Below, piece by piece: positions 1 to 8,435 of a DNA stretch of 32,000 bases. Source of the DNA: Pseudomonas aeruginosa (lineage in GTDB: Bacteria; Pseudomonadota; Gammaproteobacteria; Pseudomonadales; Pseudomonadaceae); assembly GCF_001457615.1 (NCBI RefSeq), contig NZ_LN831024.1:4620001-4652000 (forward strand), in the 5' to 3' direction. The notes under the pieces were generated by a model. It worked only from the letters and a program-made list of their open reading frames with translations, made no database searches and was not told the DNA's origin. Numbering within the stretch: the stretch's first letter is position 1; every line of letters starts with the position of its first letter. The translations under genes were made by a program, and so were the position numbers.

Positions 1-337
1 CATCAACGGCCTGCCGGCGGTGACGCTGGGTAGTATCGGGGCGCACGGCAACGTGGTGATCGGCGGCTCGGGGACGGTACTCATCGGCGACGTCTTCACG
101 CCCGCCCCGCGCGCTCCCGCCCTTCCCCTTAACCGCAACAGCGTGCCCTGTTCCGGGCGCTTCCAGCTCATCGACCACGAAACGGGCAAGCCCGTCGCCG
201 GACGCCGGGTCAGGGTCTGGTCGAGTGGCGGCTGGAATGCGTTCGACACCACGGATGCCGACGGCATGACCTCCTGGATCGAGCGCCCCACCGCGGAGAC
301 CCTCTACATCGACCTGGTGCAGAGGGGCGACGCATGA
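1..337 (+). CDS. PAAR-domain protein with C-terminal transthyretin-like extension, 5' truncated by window edge (frame open from base 2)
   Basis: Frame reads INGLPAVTLGSIGAHGNVVIGGSGTVLIGDVF, the glycine-rich end of a PAAR repeat, then a TTR/carboxypeptidase-regulatory-like stretch (FQLIDHETGKPVAGRRVRVWSSGGWNAFDTTDADGMTSW). It overlaps the next gene by ATGA. Confidence 0.85.
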   Translation, partial: INGLPAVTLGSIGAHGNVVIGGSGTVLIGDVFTPAPRAPALPLNRNSVPCSGRFQLIDHETGKPVAGRRVRVWSSGGWNAFDTTDADGMTSWIERPTAETLYIDLVQRGDA

Positions 338-1035
338 GCGACCAGCCCAGCCTGTCCCGGGGAGGCATGAGCCCCGAAGGCAGGACCAACCCCGTCGGCA
401 CTCTGGAATCCAGGCTCGATCCGCAGGACAAGAAGGTGCTGTGCTCGGCGGTCTGCCATTGCAGCAGCACGCCCAACCTCAGCCAGGATGGCAAAAGCCT
501 CAAGCAGGCGTGCGTGGCACAGCGGCTGGGAGAGTTGGACGAAGTTCTCCAGGGACGCAGCCCCTACAAGCCCGAGGTCAGCTACGACATGACCAAGAAC
601 CCACCGCAGCCGATTCTCTATAGCCAGACCGGTAACAGTCCACATGGCTGGATACCGGGATGGATCAGCAAGTATTGGGATGAAGATCCGGAGCATCCGC
701 CGTTCAAGCCAGGGAAAGGAATGATTCGCAGGCCCGACGTGATCATCGTTCAGAATCCCAACAGGCCGCCAACCCAGGACAATATCAAACAGGTGGTGGA
801 GATGAAGTTTCCGCCTGACCCACATAATAGGGAACAACTTGAGGATTATGCAGCGATTGCCGGCAACAAGAACAAGATTGTTGAAATGAAGCCCTCCGAC
901 TGCGACTGTGGCCAGGAAAATCAACGATCCAAGGTGCCAGTAGAGCAAGTAGGGTGGGCCGCCGCCATCGCAGGTGGGGTGATGTTCGTCTTGACCCGAG
1001 GCCGTTCCCCTCGCCCGATGATTCCCGCCTGTTGA
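334..1035 (+). CDS. Candidate T6SS cargo effector with VRR-NUC / PD-(D/E)XK-like nuclease core
   Basis: 233 aa, translationally coupled to the PAAR gene. Motifs RRPDVIIVQNPN...NIKQVVEMKFPPD...QLEDYAAIAGNKNKIVEMK match the D...ExK arrangement of VRR-NUC-like nucleases. A published P. aeruginosa 'PAAR2 cluster' VRR-NUC effector (called TseV from memory) fits this locus. Confidence 0.8.
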   Translation: MSDQPSLSRGGMSPEGRTNPVGTLESRLDPQDKKVLCSAVCHCSSTPNLSQDGKSLKQACVAQRLGELDEVLQGRSPYKPEVSYDMTKNPPQPILYSQTGNSPHGWIPGWISKYWDEDPEHPPFKPGKGMIRRPDVIIVQNPNRPPTQDNIKQVVEMKFPPDPHNREQLEDYAAIAGNKNKIVEMKPSDCDCGQENQRSKVPVEQVGWAAAIAGGVMFVLTRGRSPRPMIPAC

Positions 1036-1051
1036 TCAAGAGGAAAAGCCC

Positions 1052-2140
1052 ATGGAACAGCCATTCGATCTGGCCGCAGAGTTAGCCAAGCAACCCCATC
1101 TGCTGGAAATAGCCGGCAACCTGTTGATGAAGGGCGGCCCCGAAGACTATATCGGTGCAGTGCTTTGCCTACGCGGCACTCTCTACTTCAAAGAGGCCCA
1201 TACCCCTCTGGTACGAGAGTCATTATGCCAATGCTTCGATGAGTTCAAGCGCCTGGCAGAGCCCCACCTCACCCGGCTCTGGCGTGAAGAGCCTGCACAA
1301 GGAAAGCCACTGACCGCATACCGTGACACCCAACCACTGCGCGAGATGATGGGGGCAATGGATGAAGACGATCATCTCAGCTTCTGCTACACCAGCGGCA
1401 AGAAATCCCGCGATGCAGGCGCCTGGCTGTTTGATATTTACGGCAAGCGGAGCTGGCAAGCCAAAATGGGGCATGATCTTAGTGTTCTGGAGTTCTCCGT
1501 ACCTCTGCTATATCAAGAGCAGCAGCCATTGGATTTCCTACAGCTATTTATCGACTTCGCACGTCGACTAGAGCCTGAGCAGGGGTATGCGGGGCATGCC
1601 TACAATCTCTCGCCGACCAGTTGGGACAATGACGAGCCCTCCGAAGCCTTTATGGCGGCGCGTATGCCGGGTTTGGATGTAGGGACGGCTTGTCTGTTGG
1701 CCAATACTCCCGAGTTCAAACCTACAAGAATCAAAACTGTCAGTTGGCTAACCCTCCTGAACAACGAGCGCCTGGCGCTGGCCGGCGGGCTCGATGCCCT
1801 GCGTGCGCAACTGCCCTCCAGCCACTTTGCCTTCTACCGCTACGGCGATGGCGTGGTAATCCAGGCCGGTGCCTATCCCTATATCGCGGGTGATGCGGAA
1901 GACTCCAGGCCCGCTCCGTATGTGCTGCTGAACCACGCGCTCAAAGGCATTCGCTATGAAACCATCGGCTCGCTACACGGCGGCTCACATGACGGCGAAT
2001 TGCGGCTGGTGGGCTGGGCGGCCGATCAATGGCTGAAACGGCTGGATGTGGAAGACAGCGAACTCCCCCGCTGGCGCGACAAATTGCTCAACACTGAGCC
2101 ATGCTTGGACGCGACGAACTCACTGCCGGAGCGCCCGTAG
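1052..2140 (+). CDS. Candidate immunity protein, DUF3396 / type VI immunity family-like
   Basis: 362 aa immediately downstream of the effector candidate. Sequence features such as AYNLSPTSWDNDEP...FMAARMPGLDVG...IKTVSWLTLLNNERLALAGGLDALRAQL and YVLLNHALKGIRYETIGSLHG resemble DUF3396 (TsiV-type) proteins. Confidence 0.75.
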   Translation: MEQPFDLAAELAKQPHLLEIAGNLLMKGGPEDYIGAVLCLRGTLYFKEAHTPLVRESLCQCFDEFKRLAEPHLTRLWREEPAQGKPLTAYRDTQPLREMMGAMDEDDHLSFCYTSGKKSRDAGAWLFDIYGKRSWQAKMGHDLSVLEFSVPLLYQEQQPLDFLQLFIDFARRLEPEQGYAGHAYNLSPTSWDNDEPSEAFMAARMPGLDVGTACLLANTPEFKPTRIKTVSWLTLLNNERLALAGGLDALRAQLPSSHFAFYRYGDGVVIQAGAYPYIAGDAEDSRPAPYVLLNHALKGIRYETIGSLHGGSHDGELRLVGWAADQWLKRLDVEDSELPRWRDKLLNTEPCLDATNSLPERP

Positions 2141-2515
2141 GGGCTTACGTTTTCTGGGATCAAAAGTGCTCGCCAAGGCTACACTCCCTATGAGGCGAGC
2201 CTGACAGAAAAAATATCTGCCCCTCACAAGAGTGCTTATAAGCAAGAATTCAACCTATCTAATCGTGCCTTCAATATCACCCAAACAGCATCTATTACTT
2301 ATTATTCAACAACCATCCCTCTTTAATAGATTCGCGACTCGAAACCCAAACTCAAACTTAAAATCTGTCTTCTTTACACCTTACTAAAACTTCTTCAAAC
2401 CCATAAGACCATCTCCATTGGCGTCATTTACTTCTTATCGGCGATATCTAAAACACCTTTAAATTGGAAACAGCTCTAAGGCTTTGAAGTCGAAGAACTG
2501 TCGTAACGAATAGCC

Positions 2516-2839
2516 TTAGGCGCCCGTCTCTTCGATATCAGCGAAGTTACTGATTTTCACCGCGCCATCCGGGAAGCGTGCAATCACTTCCAGATGGCCG
2601 CCCATGGCTTCGATGTGGCTGCGCAAGGTGGAGATGTACATATCCGTACGCCGCTCCATCTTGGCAATTGCCGGCTGCTGCACCTGCAGCACTTCAGACA
2701 GCATCTTCTGCGACAAGCCTCTAGCCTGGCGCAACTCATTCAGGGGCATTTCAGCCAACAGTTCCTGGGCCTTGGCCTCGACGCGGGCCTGTGCCTCAGG
2801 CGACATTTGCGCCCGAAGGTCGGAGAATTTCTTAGCCAT
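2516..2839 (-). CDS. Xre/HigA-like antitoxin (helix-turn-helix)
   Basis: 107 aa; HTH region LNELRQARGLSQKMLSEVLQVQQPAIAKMERRTDMYISTLRSHIEAMGGHLEVIARFPDG, typical of antitoxins paired with Gp49/HigB-like toxins. Confidence 0.88.
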   Translation of the reverse strand: MAKKFSDLRAQMSPEAQARVEAKAQELLAEMPLNELRQARGLSQKMLSEVLQVQQPAIAKMERRTDMYISTLRSHIEAMGGHLEVIARFPDGAVKISNFADIEETGA

Positions 2840-3197
2840 CGATCAGTCCCTCCTCACGGAGCTGGTGCAAGTGTTCGTCATGGAGGCGGTCGGCAATGGG
2901 CACGTTCAATTCGTACCAACGATCATCGCCAGTCTTGTCGCCACCGATCGGCAGTATCGCGGAGCGTCTGGGGTCAAACGCGTAAAGCGTTCGGAAAGGT
3001 CGCCCGCCGTGTTGAGTCCGTAGCTCTCTCATATGGCCAGGGCGGGAGCCATTGATGCCGCTGCTGTGGGGGTGCCCCAAGGATGGCCCCCGCTCCTCAA
3101 GCAAGCGAACCGTCACAGCTAGCGACTCCTGCTCATCCTCGGACAGAGAACCCCACCAATCACCGAACTCGTCGGTGTACTCGATATCCCACGCCAC
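2832..3197 (-). CDS. RelE/HigB-family (phage Gp49-like) toxin
   Basis: 121 aa; LEERGPSLGHPHSSGINGSRPGHMRELRTQHGGRPFRTLYAFDPRRSAILPIGGDKTGDDRWY is typical of this toxin family. It precedes and overlaps the antitoxin by 8 nt. Confidence 0.88.
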   Translation of the reverse strand: MAWDIEYTDEFGDWWGSLSEDEQESLAVTVRLLEERGPSLGHPHSSGINGSRPGHMRELRTQHGGRPFRTLYAFDPRRSAILPIGGDKTGDDRWYELNVPIADRLHDEHLHQLREEGLIDG

Positions 3198-3460
3198 AAA
3201 ATATAACCCCCAGGGAATATTCCATCAAAGGAATCCTACTCAAAGAGAGCGCTTCCCGACAACGGACCGAGCGCACGGAGTCCTGAAGACGATCCGGTCC
3301 CAGATGGACGCACCAGGACCCGCGAGGCAGCCTCATTCCGTGTGTCGAAAAAGTGTCGAAATTACTCGCCCATACAGGCCGGCATAGCACAGAGCTTGGC
3401 CCGTCCCCTCCTCTCCAGCCCCAGTCCTGCCCAGCCTTGGCCATTTACCGCCTCCGTCGG

Positions 3461-3772
3461 TTATCGGTGTCTGCGTGCGTATTCCGCCTCGAACAGCGAC
3501 AGCAAGGAGCCGGTGATGCGGCGGTGCTTTCGCCGGTCTTCGGTTTCGTCGAGCAGGTCGAGGACGCTCAGCGTTCCGATCGCCGACTCCAGCCGGCGGC
3601 GGGCGGTGTCGAACAGGTCTTCGCTGGCTGCGCTGCTGTCCAGGTAGAGGGTGGCGCAGCCGGGATGCTGGTTGCATTGCGAGGTGCGTCGCAGGGGGAT
3701 GAAGGTGGAAGGGGACTGTGCGGTGACGGTTTTGCCCGGACAAGGTGCCGCTCCGGCAAGGTGCGAAGCGCT
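3461..3772 (-). pseudogene. Open frame with gene-like composition but no ATG/GTG start; possible gene remnant or unusually started small gene
   Basis: Manual translation gives ...QSPSTFIPLRRTSQCNQHPGCATLYLDSSAASEDLFDTARRRLESAIGTLSVLDLLDETEDRRKHRRITGSLLSLFEAEYARRHR* (TAA at 3463-3461). An in-frame TGA lies at 3775-3773 and no ATG/GTG follows it. Confidence 0.4.
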
Positions 3773-3906
3773 TCACAAAATGCCAAACAGAGGGCGAGCG
3801 CATCCCATCGCCAACACGCAATCGCCTTGAATGGCCGCTTCGATTCCTCGTCATGCGGGGATGCCGTGCCCGGCTCCAGCGCATCGCCACCCACACCGGA
3901 AACCCT

Positions 3907-4179
3907 ATGCCCTACCGCGTTCTCCTGCTCATCCTGGCCCTGACGCCCGCCCTCGCCTCCTCCGCCACCCTGGACGAACGCCTGGGCGACCTTGAACACG
4001 CCTTCAAGCCCGACCTCGACGGGACGACAAGCGCAAAGCCGGCCAGCCCGCCGCCGGAGCGGTTCAAGCTGGCGCCGCTGGGCAGCGTGGTGCGCAAGAA
4101 AGAGTGCGCGACATCGAGCCTACCGGACGAGCAGTCCAGCTGCGCGGCGCTGGAGTTCTGCACGGACTGCGCACAGTAA
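3907..4179 (+). CDS. Small exported hypothetical protein
   Basis: 90 aa MPYRVLLLILALTPALASSATLDERLG... has a hydrophobic N-terminal signal peptide and four cysteines in the C-terminal third. Confidence 0.6.
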   Translation: MPYRVLLLILALTPALASSATLDERLGDLEHAFKPDLDGTTSAKPASPPPERFKLAPLGSVVRKKECATSSLPDEQSSCAALEFCTDCAQ

Positions 4180-4197
4180 GGTGGAGCGCCGGCAATC

Positions 4198-4623
4198 TCA
4201 CTTGGCGAACAACTGGCCCATGTCGCGGAAGCTCTTGAACTCCAGCGCGTTGCCGCAGGGGTCGAAGAGAAACAGCGTGGCCTGCTCGCCGACCTGGCCC
4301 TTGAAGCGGATGTAGGGCTCGATCACGAAGCGGGTGCCGCGCTGCTGCAGGCGTTCGGCCAGGGCGTGCCAGTCGTCCCATGCGAGGACCACGCCGAAGT
4401 GCGGCACCGGCACGTCGTGGCCGTCCACCGGGTTGCTGCCGACGTGGCGCTGGGAATCGGTCTGCGGATGCTGGTGGATGACCAACTGGTGGCCGAAGAA
4501 GTCGAAGTCGACCCAGTGCTCGGCGGAGCGGCCTTCGCTCAGGCCGAAGACCTCGCCGTAAAAGCGCCGGGCGGCGGGCAGGTCGTGGACGGGGATGGCG
4601 AGGTGGAAGGGCATCAGGCTCAT
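4198..4623 (-). CDS. VOC (glyoxalase/bleomycin resistance/dioxygenase) family protein
   Basis: 141 aa [31 protein letters not shown]...[18 protein letters not shown]...[31 protein letters not shown], a classical VOC pattern. Confidence 0.9.
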   Translation of the reverse strand: MSLMPFHLAIPVHDLPAARRFYGEVFGLSEGRSAEHWVDFDFFGHQLVIHQHPQTDSQRHVGSNPVDGHDVPVPHFGVVLAWDDWHALAERLQQRGTRFVIEPYIRFKGQVGEQATLFLFDPCGNALEFKSFRDMGQLFAK

Positions 4624-4723
4624 GGCGCGGTTCCTCTGTGGGTGTGCCGGGATTATTTGCCCTGCCGATTTCGATGGAAAGCGCATAATATTTCGCCTGA
4701 GCAACACTTTTTTCGAGGCTTGG

Positions 4724-5608
4724 ATGATCCGCGAACTCCGCACCCTGGTCGCCGTGGCGCGCCGGGGCTCCTTCGCCGCGGCGGGGGAACAGGTGGGGCT
4801 GACGCAGTCGGCGGTGAGCGCGCAGATCCGCGCGCTGGAACGCAGCGTCGGCGTCGAGTTGTTCAAGCGCACGCCGCGCGCGGCACACCTGAACGAGGTC
4901 GGGAGGCAGGCGGTGCGTACGGCCGAGCAGATCCTCGCGCTGTTCGACGGCATCGGCCAGGGCGACAGCCCGCGCGGACGCCTGCGCATCGGTGCGGTGA
5001 ACACGGCGCAGACCGGGCTGCTGCCGGAGGTGCTCAAGCGCCTCGCCGAACAGGCGCCACACATCGAGCCGCAGGTGGTGCCGGGCGTCTCGCTGCACCT
5101 GCTGGACCAGGTGGACGCCGCCGAACTGGACCTGGCGATCCTCATCCGCCCGCCGTTCAACCTGCCGCGCGGGCTCTCCGCGCAACGGGTCGAGCGCCAG
5201 CCGTTCGTGCTGATCGCGCCGCCGCAATGCACTGCGACGGATGCGCTGGAATTGCTGCGCACGCAACCGTTCATCCGCTACGACCATGTGTCCTTCGGCG
5301 GTCGCCTGGTGGGCGATTTCCTCGAGGCGCAACAGCTCAGGCCACGCCAGGTAATGGAGCTGGATGAGATCGACGCGATCGCGCGGATGGTGGAGAACGG
5401 CCTCGGCGTGGCGCTGCTGCCCCGGGCCGGGCTGTGGCTACGCGAGCCGGCGCGGGTACGGGTGATCGAACTGGGCGCGCTGGAATTCCAGCGCGAGCTG
5501 GTGATGGTCAGCCGCAGCGGTTCGGCGCAGGACGACCTGGTCGGTGAATTCCGCCGCGCCCTGCTGGCCGAGACGGCGGCTCAGGAGGCCGCGCCGACCA
5601 CCGCGTAG
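4724..5608 (+). CDS. LysR-family transcriptional regulator
   Basis: [53 protein letters not shown]-terminal wHTH; divergent from the VOC gene. Confidence 0.93.
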   Translation: MIRELRTLVAVARRGSFAAAGEQVGLTQSAVSAQIRALERSVGVELFKRTPRAAHLNEVGRQAVRTAEQILALFDGIGQGDSPRGRLRIGAVNTAQTGLLPEVLKRLAEQAPHIEPQVVPGVSLHLLDQVDAAELDLAILIRPPFNLPRGLSAQRVERQPFVLIAPPQCTATDALELLRTQPFIRYDHVSFGGRLVGDFLEAQQLRPRQVMELDEIDAIARMVENGLGVALLPRAGLWLREPARVRVIELGALEFQRELVMVSRSGSAQDDLVGEFRRALLAETAAQEAAPTTA

Positions 5609-6534
5609 CGCGGCGCCGGGCGCGCCAGCTCGCCGAGGAAGGTCCACAGGCGTTCGGCCTCGCCGGGTAGCGGCAGGCGGCGACGGATCAGGGTGTAGCG
5701 CAACGGCACGTCGAAGCGCTGGCCGCCGGCGCGCACCAGGCGACGGCTGGCGAGGTCCTCGCGGACCAGGGTATGCGGCAGCCAGGCGACGCCCAGGCGC
5801 GACTGGGCGAAGAAGCGCAGCCCCTCGGTCTGGCTGGAACTGTGATGGCGCTGGAGGAACAGGCCGCTGTCGCGCAGCAGCGGTTCCAGGGCCCAGCCCA
5901 GGTGGCATTCCTCGGAGTAGCCGAGGAACGATAGCGCTTCGGTCTGCAGGCGGTCGAGGTTGAACAGCGGCTGGCCGGCGGCGTCCGGCGCGCAGACCGC
6001 CACCAGTTGTTCGTGGCCAAGCTCCAGGCGCTGGAACTCGGCTTCGCTGTCGATGCCCAGGCGGCGCGACACCGCCTCGCCTTCGTCGAGCAACGCCACC
6101 ACGTAATCCACCGAGCCGTCGCGCAGGCGCGACAGGCATTGCGGCAGGTAATCGCAGTCGACGCTGAACTTGGCGCTGCGGAAGTCCGCCTGCAGGCGCG
6201 GAATCCAGTGCGGGAAGAACACCGAGGAGAGGATGTGCGGGGCGCAGAAACGAATGCGCCGCTGGGCGTCTTCGTCGCGCTCGCGGATCGACTGGCGCAG
6301 GTTGTCCAGGGCGCGCACCGCGTCCTGCGCCACGCCTTGCAACTGGCGGCCGGCCTCGGTCAGTTCGAGGGCGTGCTTGTGGCGCTCGAACACCGGCGCG
6401 CCGAGCCACTGTTCCAGGGTCTGGATACGCCGGCTGAGCCCGGACACGGAGACATGGCACTCCTGCGCCGCACGGCTGAAGCTCTTGATCCGACAGAGGA
6501 CGAGGAAGTCCTTGAGCATCACCAGGTCGATCAT
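5581..6534 (-). CDS. LysR-family transcriptional regulator
   Basis: MIDLVMLKDFLVLCRIKSFSRAAQECHVSVSGLSRRIQTLEQWLGAPVFERHKHALELTEAG; convergent with and overlapping the preceding LysR by 28 nt; divergent from the RidA cluster. Confidence 0.92.
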   Translation of the reverse strand: MIDLVMLKDFLVLCRIKSFSRAAQECHVSVSGLSRRIQTLEQWLGAPVFERHKHALELTEAGRQLQGVAQDAVRALDNLRQSIRERDEDAQRRIRFCAPHILSSVFFPHWIPRLQADFRSAKFSVDCDYLPQCLSRLRDGSVDYVVALLDEGEAVSRRLGIDSEAEFQRLELGHEQLVAVCAPDAAGQPLFNLDRLQTEALSFLGYSEECHLGWALEPLLRDSGLFLQRHHSSSQTEGLRFFAQSRLGVAWLPHTLVREDLASRRLVRAGGQRFDVPLRYTLIRRRLPLPGEAERLWTFLGELARPAPRYAVVGAAS

Positions 6535-6616
6535 CGTTGCGCGTTCCTCAACGGTCGGGCGTTTTCAGTCTACTTCGCGCGGCGGTGCCTGTTGCAAGGC
6601 TAAAGTTCGGTTTGTT

Positions 6617-6631
6617 TTGCCGATTTGGCAA
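6617..6631. promoter_or_regulatory. Candidate LysR operator (TTGCC-GATTT-GGCAA)
   Basis: Perfect 5-bp-arm palindrome containing a T-N11-A core, between the divergent LysR (start 6534) and RidA (start 6755) genes. Confidence 0.5.
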
Positions 6632-6754
6632 GCAGCTCGTCGACTCCCGCAAAACAGACCGGGAAAAGCGGCCCACAGTAGTGAGGTCGCGCTTTTCCAG
6701 CCATCGACCCGCCCGAGCATCGTGGCCGGGCGGGTCCGCCACGAGGACAGGACC

Positions 6755-7189
6755 ATGCAGACATCCCCCGCTCCGGCCATCGTCGCCGGCGGCGCCTACC
6801 AGCCGGTGGTGCTCCACGCCGGCATCGCCTACGTCAGCGGCCAGTTGCCACGCCAGCACGGCGAGCTGCGCTGGACCGGCAAGGTCGGCAGCGAACTCGA
6901 CCTGGAACAGGCCCGCCAGGCCGCCCGGCTCTGCGCGGCGCGCTGCCTGCAGGCGCTGGAGGAGGCGCTGGGCGGCCTGCAACGGGTCGAGCGGCTGCTC
7001 AAGGTGACCGGCTACGTCGCCAGCGCGGCGGGTTTCGTCCAGCAGCCGGCGGTGATCGATGCCGCCAGCGAATATTTCGACGAGGTGCTCGGCGCGCGCG
7101 GCGGCCACGCCCGCGCCGCCGTCGGCGTGGCCGAGCTGCCGCGCGGCGCCGCGGTGGAGGTGGAACTGATCGCGGCGGTGCGGCCATGA
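6755..7189 (+). CDS. RidA/YjgF/TdcF family protein
   Basis: 144 aa; HAGIAYVSGQLPRQHGELRWTGKVGSELDLEQARQAARLCAARCLQALEEALGGLQRVERLLKVTGYVAS...VGVAELPRGAAVEVELIAAV. Confidence 0.92.
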   Translation: MQTSPAPAIVAGGAYQPVVLHAGIAYVSGQLPRQHGELRWTGKVGSELDLEQARQAARLCAARCLQALEEALGGLQRVERLLKVTGYVASAAGFVQQPAVIDAASEYFDEVLGARGGHARAAVGVAELPRGAAVEVELIAAVRP

Positions 7190-8433
7190 GCGCGCTCTTC
7201 CCCGCCGCCCCCGACGCCTTCGGTGCCGACGAACTGCTGCGCCTGCGCCGCGAGACCCCGGCCTGGGGCAGCTACGCGCACTTCGCCCATGGCTCCGCCA
7301 GCCTGCCGCCGCAGGTGCTCTACGAGGCCCTCGACAGCTGGCTGGAAGCCGAGCGGCGCTGGGGCGTGCAGCGCGCCGCCGAGCATTTCGCCGAGCCCTT
7401 GCTGGCGGTCCGCGACAGCGTCGCGCGAGTGCTCGGCACCCAGCCACGGCACATCGCCCTGCTCGACTGCGCCAGCCGCGCCTGGTCGGTGGCCTTTGCC
7501 GCGGCCCTGGCCGCCCATCCACGGATACGGGCGATCAGCAGCTTCGACGAATACGGTTCCAACAGCCTGTGCCTGCTCGCCGCGCGCCAGCAGCGCGGGG
7601 TGGAGCTGCGCCTGATCGACGCACGCGGCGACGCCGCACAGCTGTTGCAACGGCTCGACGAGCAGTTGCACGACCTCGCCCCCGGCCAGACGCCGCTGCT
7701 GTCGCTCAGCGCGGTGCCCACCGGGCATGGCGCGGCTACCGCGCTGGAGGGCGTGGCCGAGCGCATCCGCGCCCATGACGGGCTGTTCTTCCTCGATGCC
7801 AGCCATGCGGTCGGCCAGTTGCCGCTGGCGGTGGAGGCGATCGGCTGCGACGTGCTGGTGTTCCCGCCACGCAAGTGGCTGCGCGGGCCAAAGGGACTCG
7901 GCGTGCTCTATCTCGGCGAACGCGCCCTGGAGCGCCTGGCCCTGCCCGACGGGCTGGACGTCGGCGGCGCGCAATGGAGCGACGCCTTCGCCTTGCAGGC
8001 ACGGGATGACGCGCGGCGCTTCGAATGCTCGGAGTTCAACCCGGGGCTGCGCCTGGCGCTCAAGGCCAGTTGCGACTACCTGTTGCAGACCGACGTCCAG
8101 CGCATCGCCCGGCGCAACCGCCAGTTGCGCGAACGCATCGCCCAGCAGCTCTACCGCCGGCTCGGCTGGACGCCGCTGGAACAAGGGCCGCACGCCAGCG
8201 CGTTGATGACCTACGCGGCCCCCGAACTGAGCGGCGAGCAATGGCTGAAGCGCCTCCACGCGCGCGGCGTGAACGCCTCCTACATCGGCCCGCAGTATGC
8301 CCGCTGGGCGCTGCGCGAGCAGGCGCTGCCGGGGGTACTGCGCCTGACTCCGCACTACCTGACCGACGACAGCGAGATCGAGCGCCTCGGCGAGGCCCTG
8401 GAGGATTGCCTGCGACAGCGCGCCGCCAGTTGA
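7186..8433 (+). CDS. PLP-dependent class V aminotransferase-fold protein
   Basis: 415 aa; SAVPTGHGAATALEGVAERIRAHDGLFFLDASHAVGQLPLAVEAIGCDVLVFPPRKWLRGPKGLGVLYL (cofactor Asp and candidate Schiff-base Lys). ATGA overlap with ridA-like gene. Confidence 0.88.
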   Translation: MSALFPAAPDAFGADELLRLRRETPAWGSYAHFAHGSASLPPQVLYEALDSWLEAERRWGVQRAAEHFAEPLLAVRDSVARVLGTQPRHIALLDCASRAWSVAFAAALAAHPRIRAISSFDEYGSNSLCLLAARQQRGVELRLIDARGDAAQLLQRLDEQLHDLAPGQTPLLSLSAVPTGHGAATALEGVAERIRAHDGLFFLDASHAVGQLPLAVEAIGCDVLVFPPRKWLRGPKGLGVLYLGERALERLALPDGLDVGGAQWSDAFALQARDDARRFECSEFNPGLRLALKASCDYLLQTDVQRIARRNRQLRERIAQQLYRRLGWTPLEQGPHASALMTYAAPELSGEQWLKRLHARGVNASYIGPQYARWALREQALPGVLRLTPHYLTDDSEIERLGEALEDCLRQRAAS

Positions 8434-8435
8434 GC

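Noticed and set aside
3353-3943. 196-codon plus-strand ORF and the 3333-3896 / 3568-3999 minus ORFs
   Set aside because: Composition looks like shadow frames; the more protein-like reading here is the minus frame ending at 3461, reported separately.
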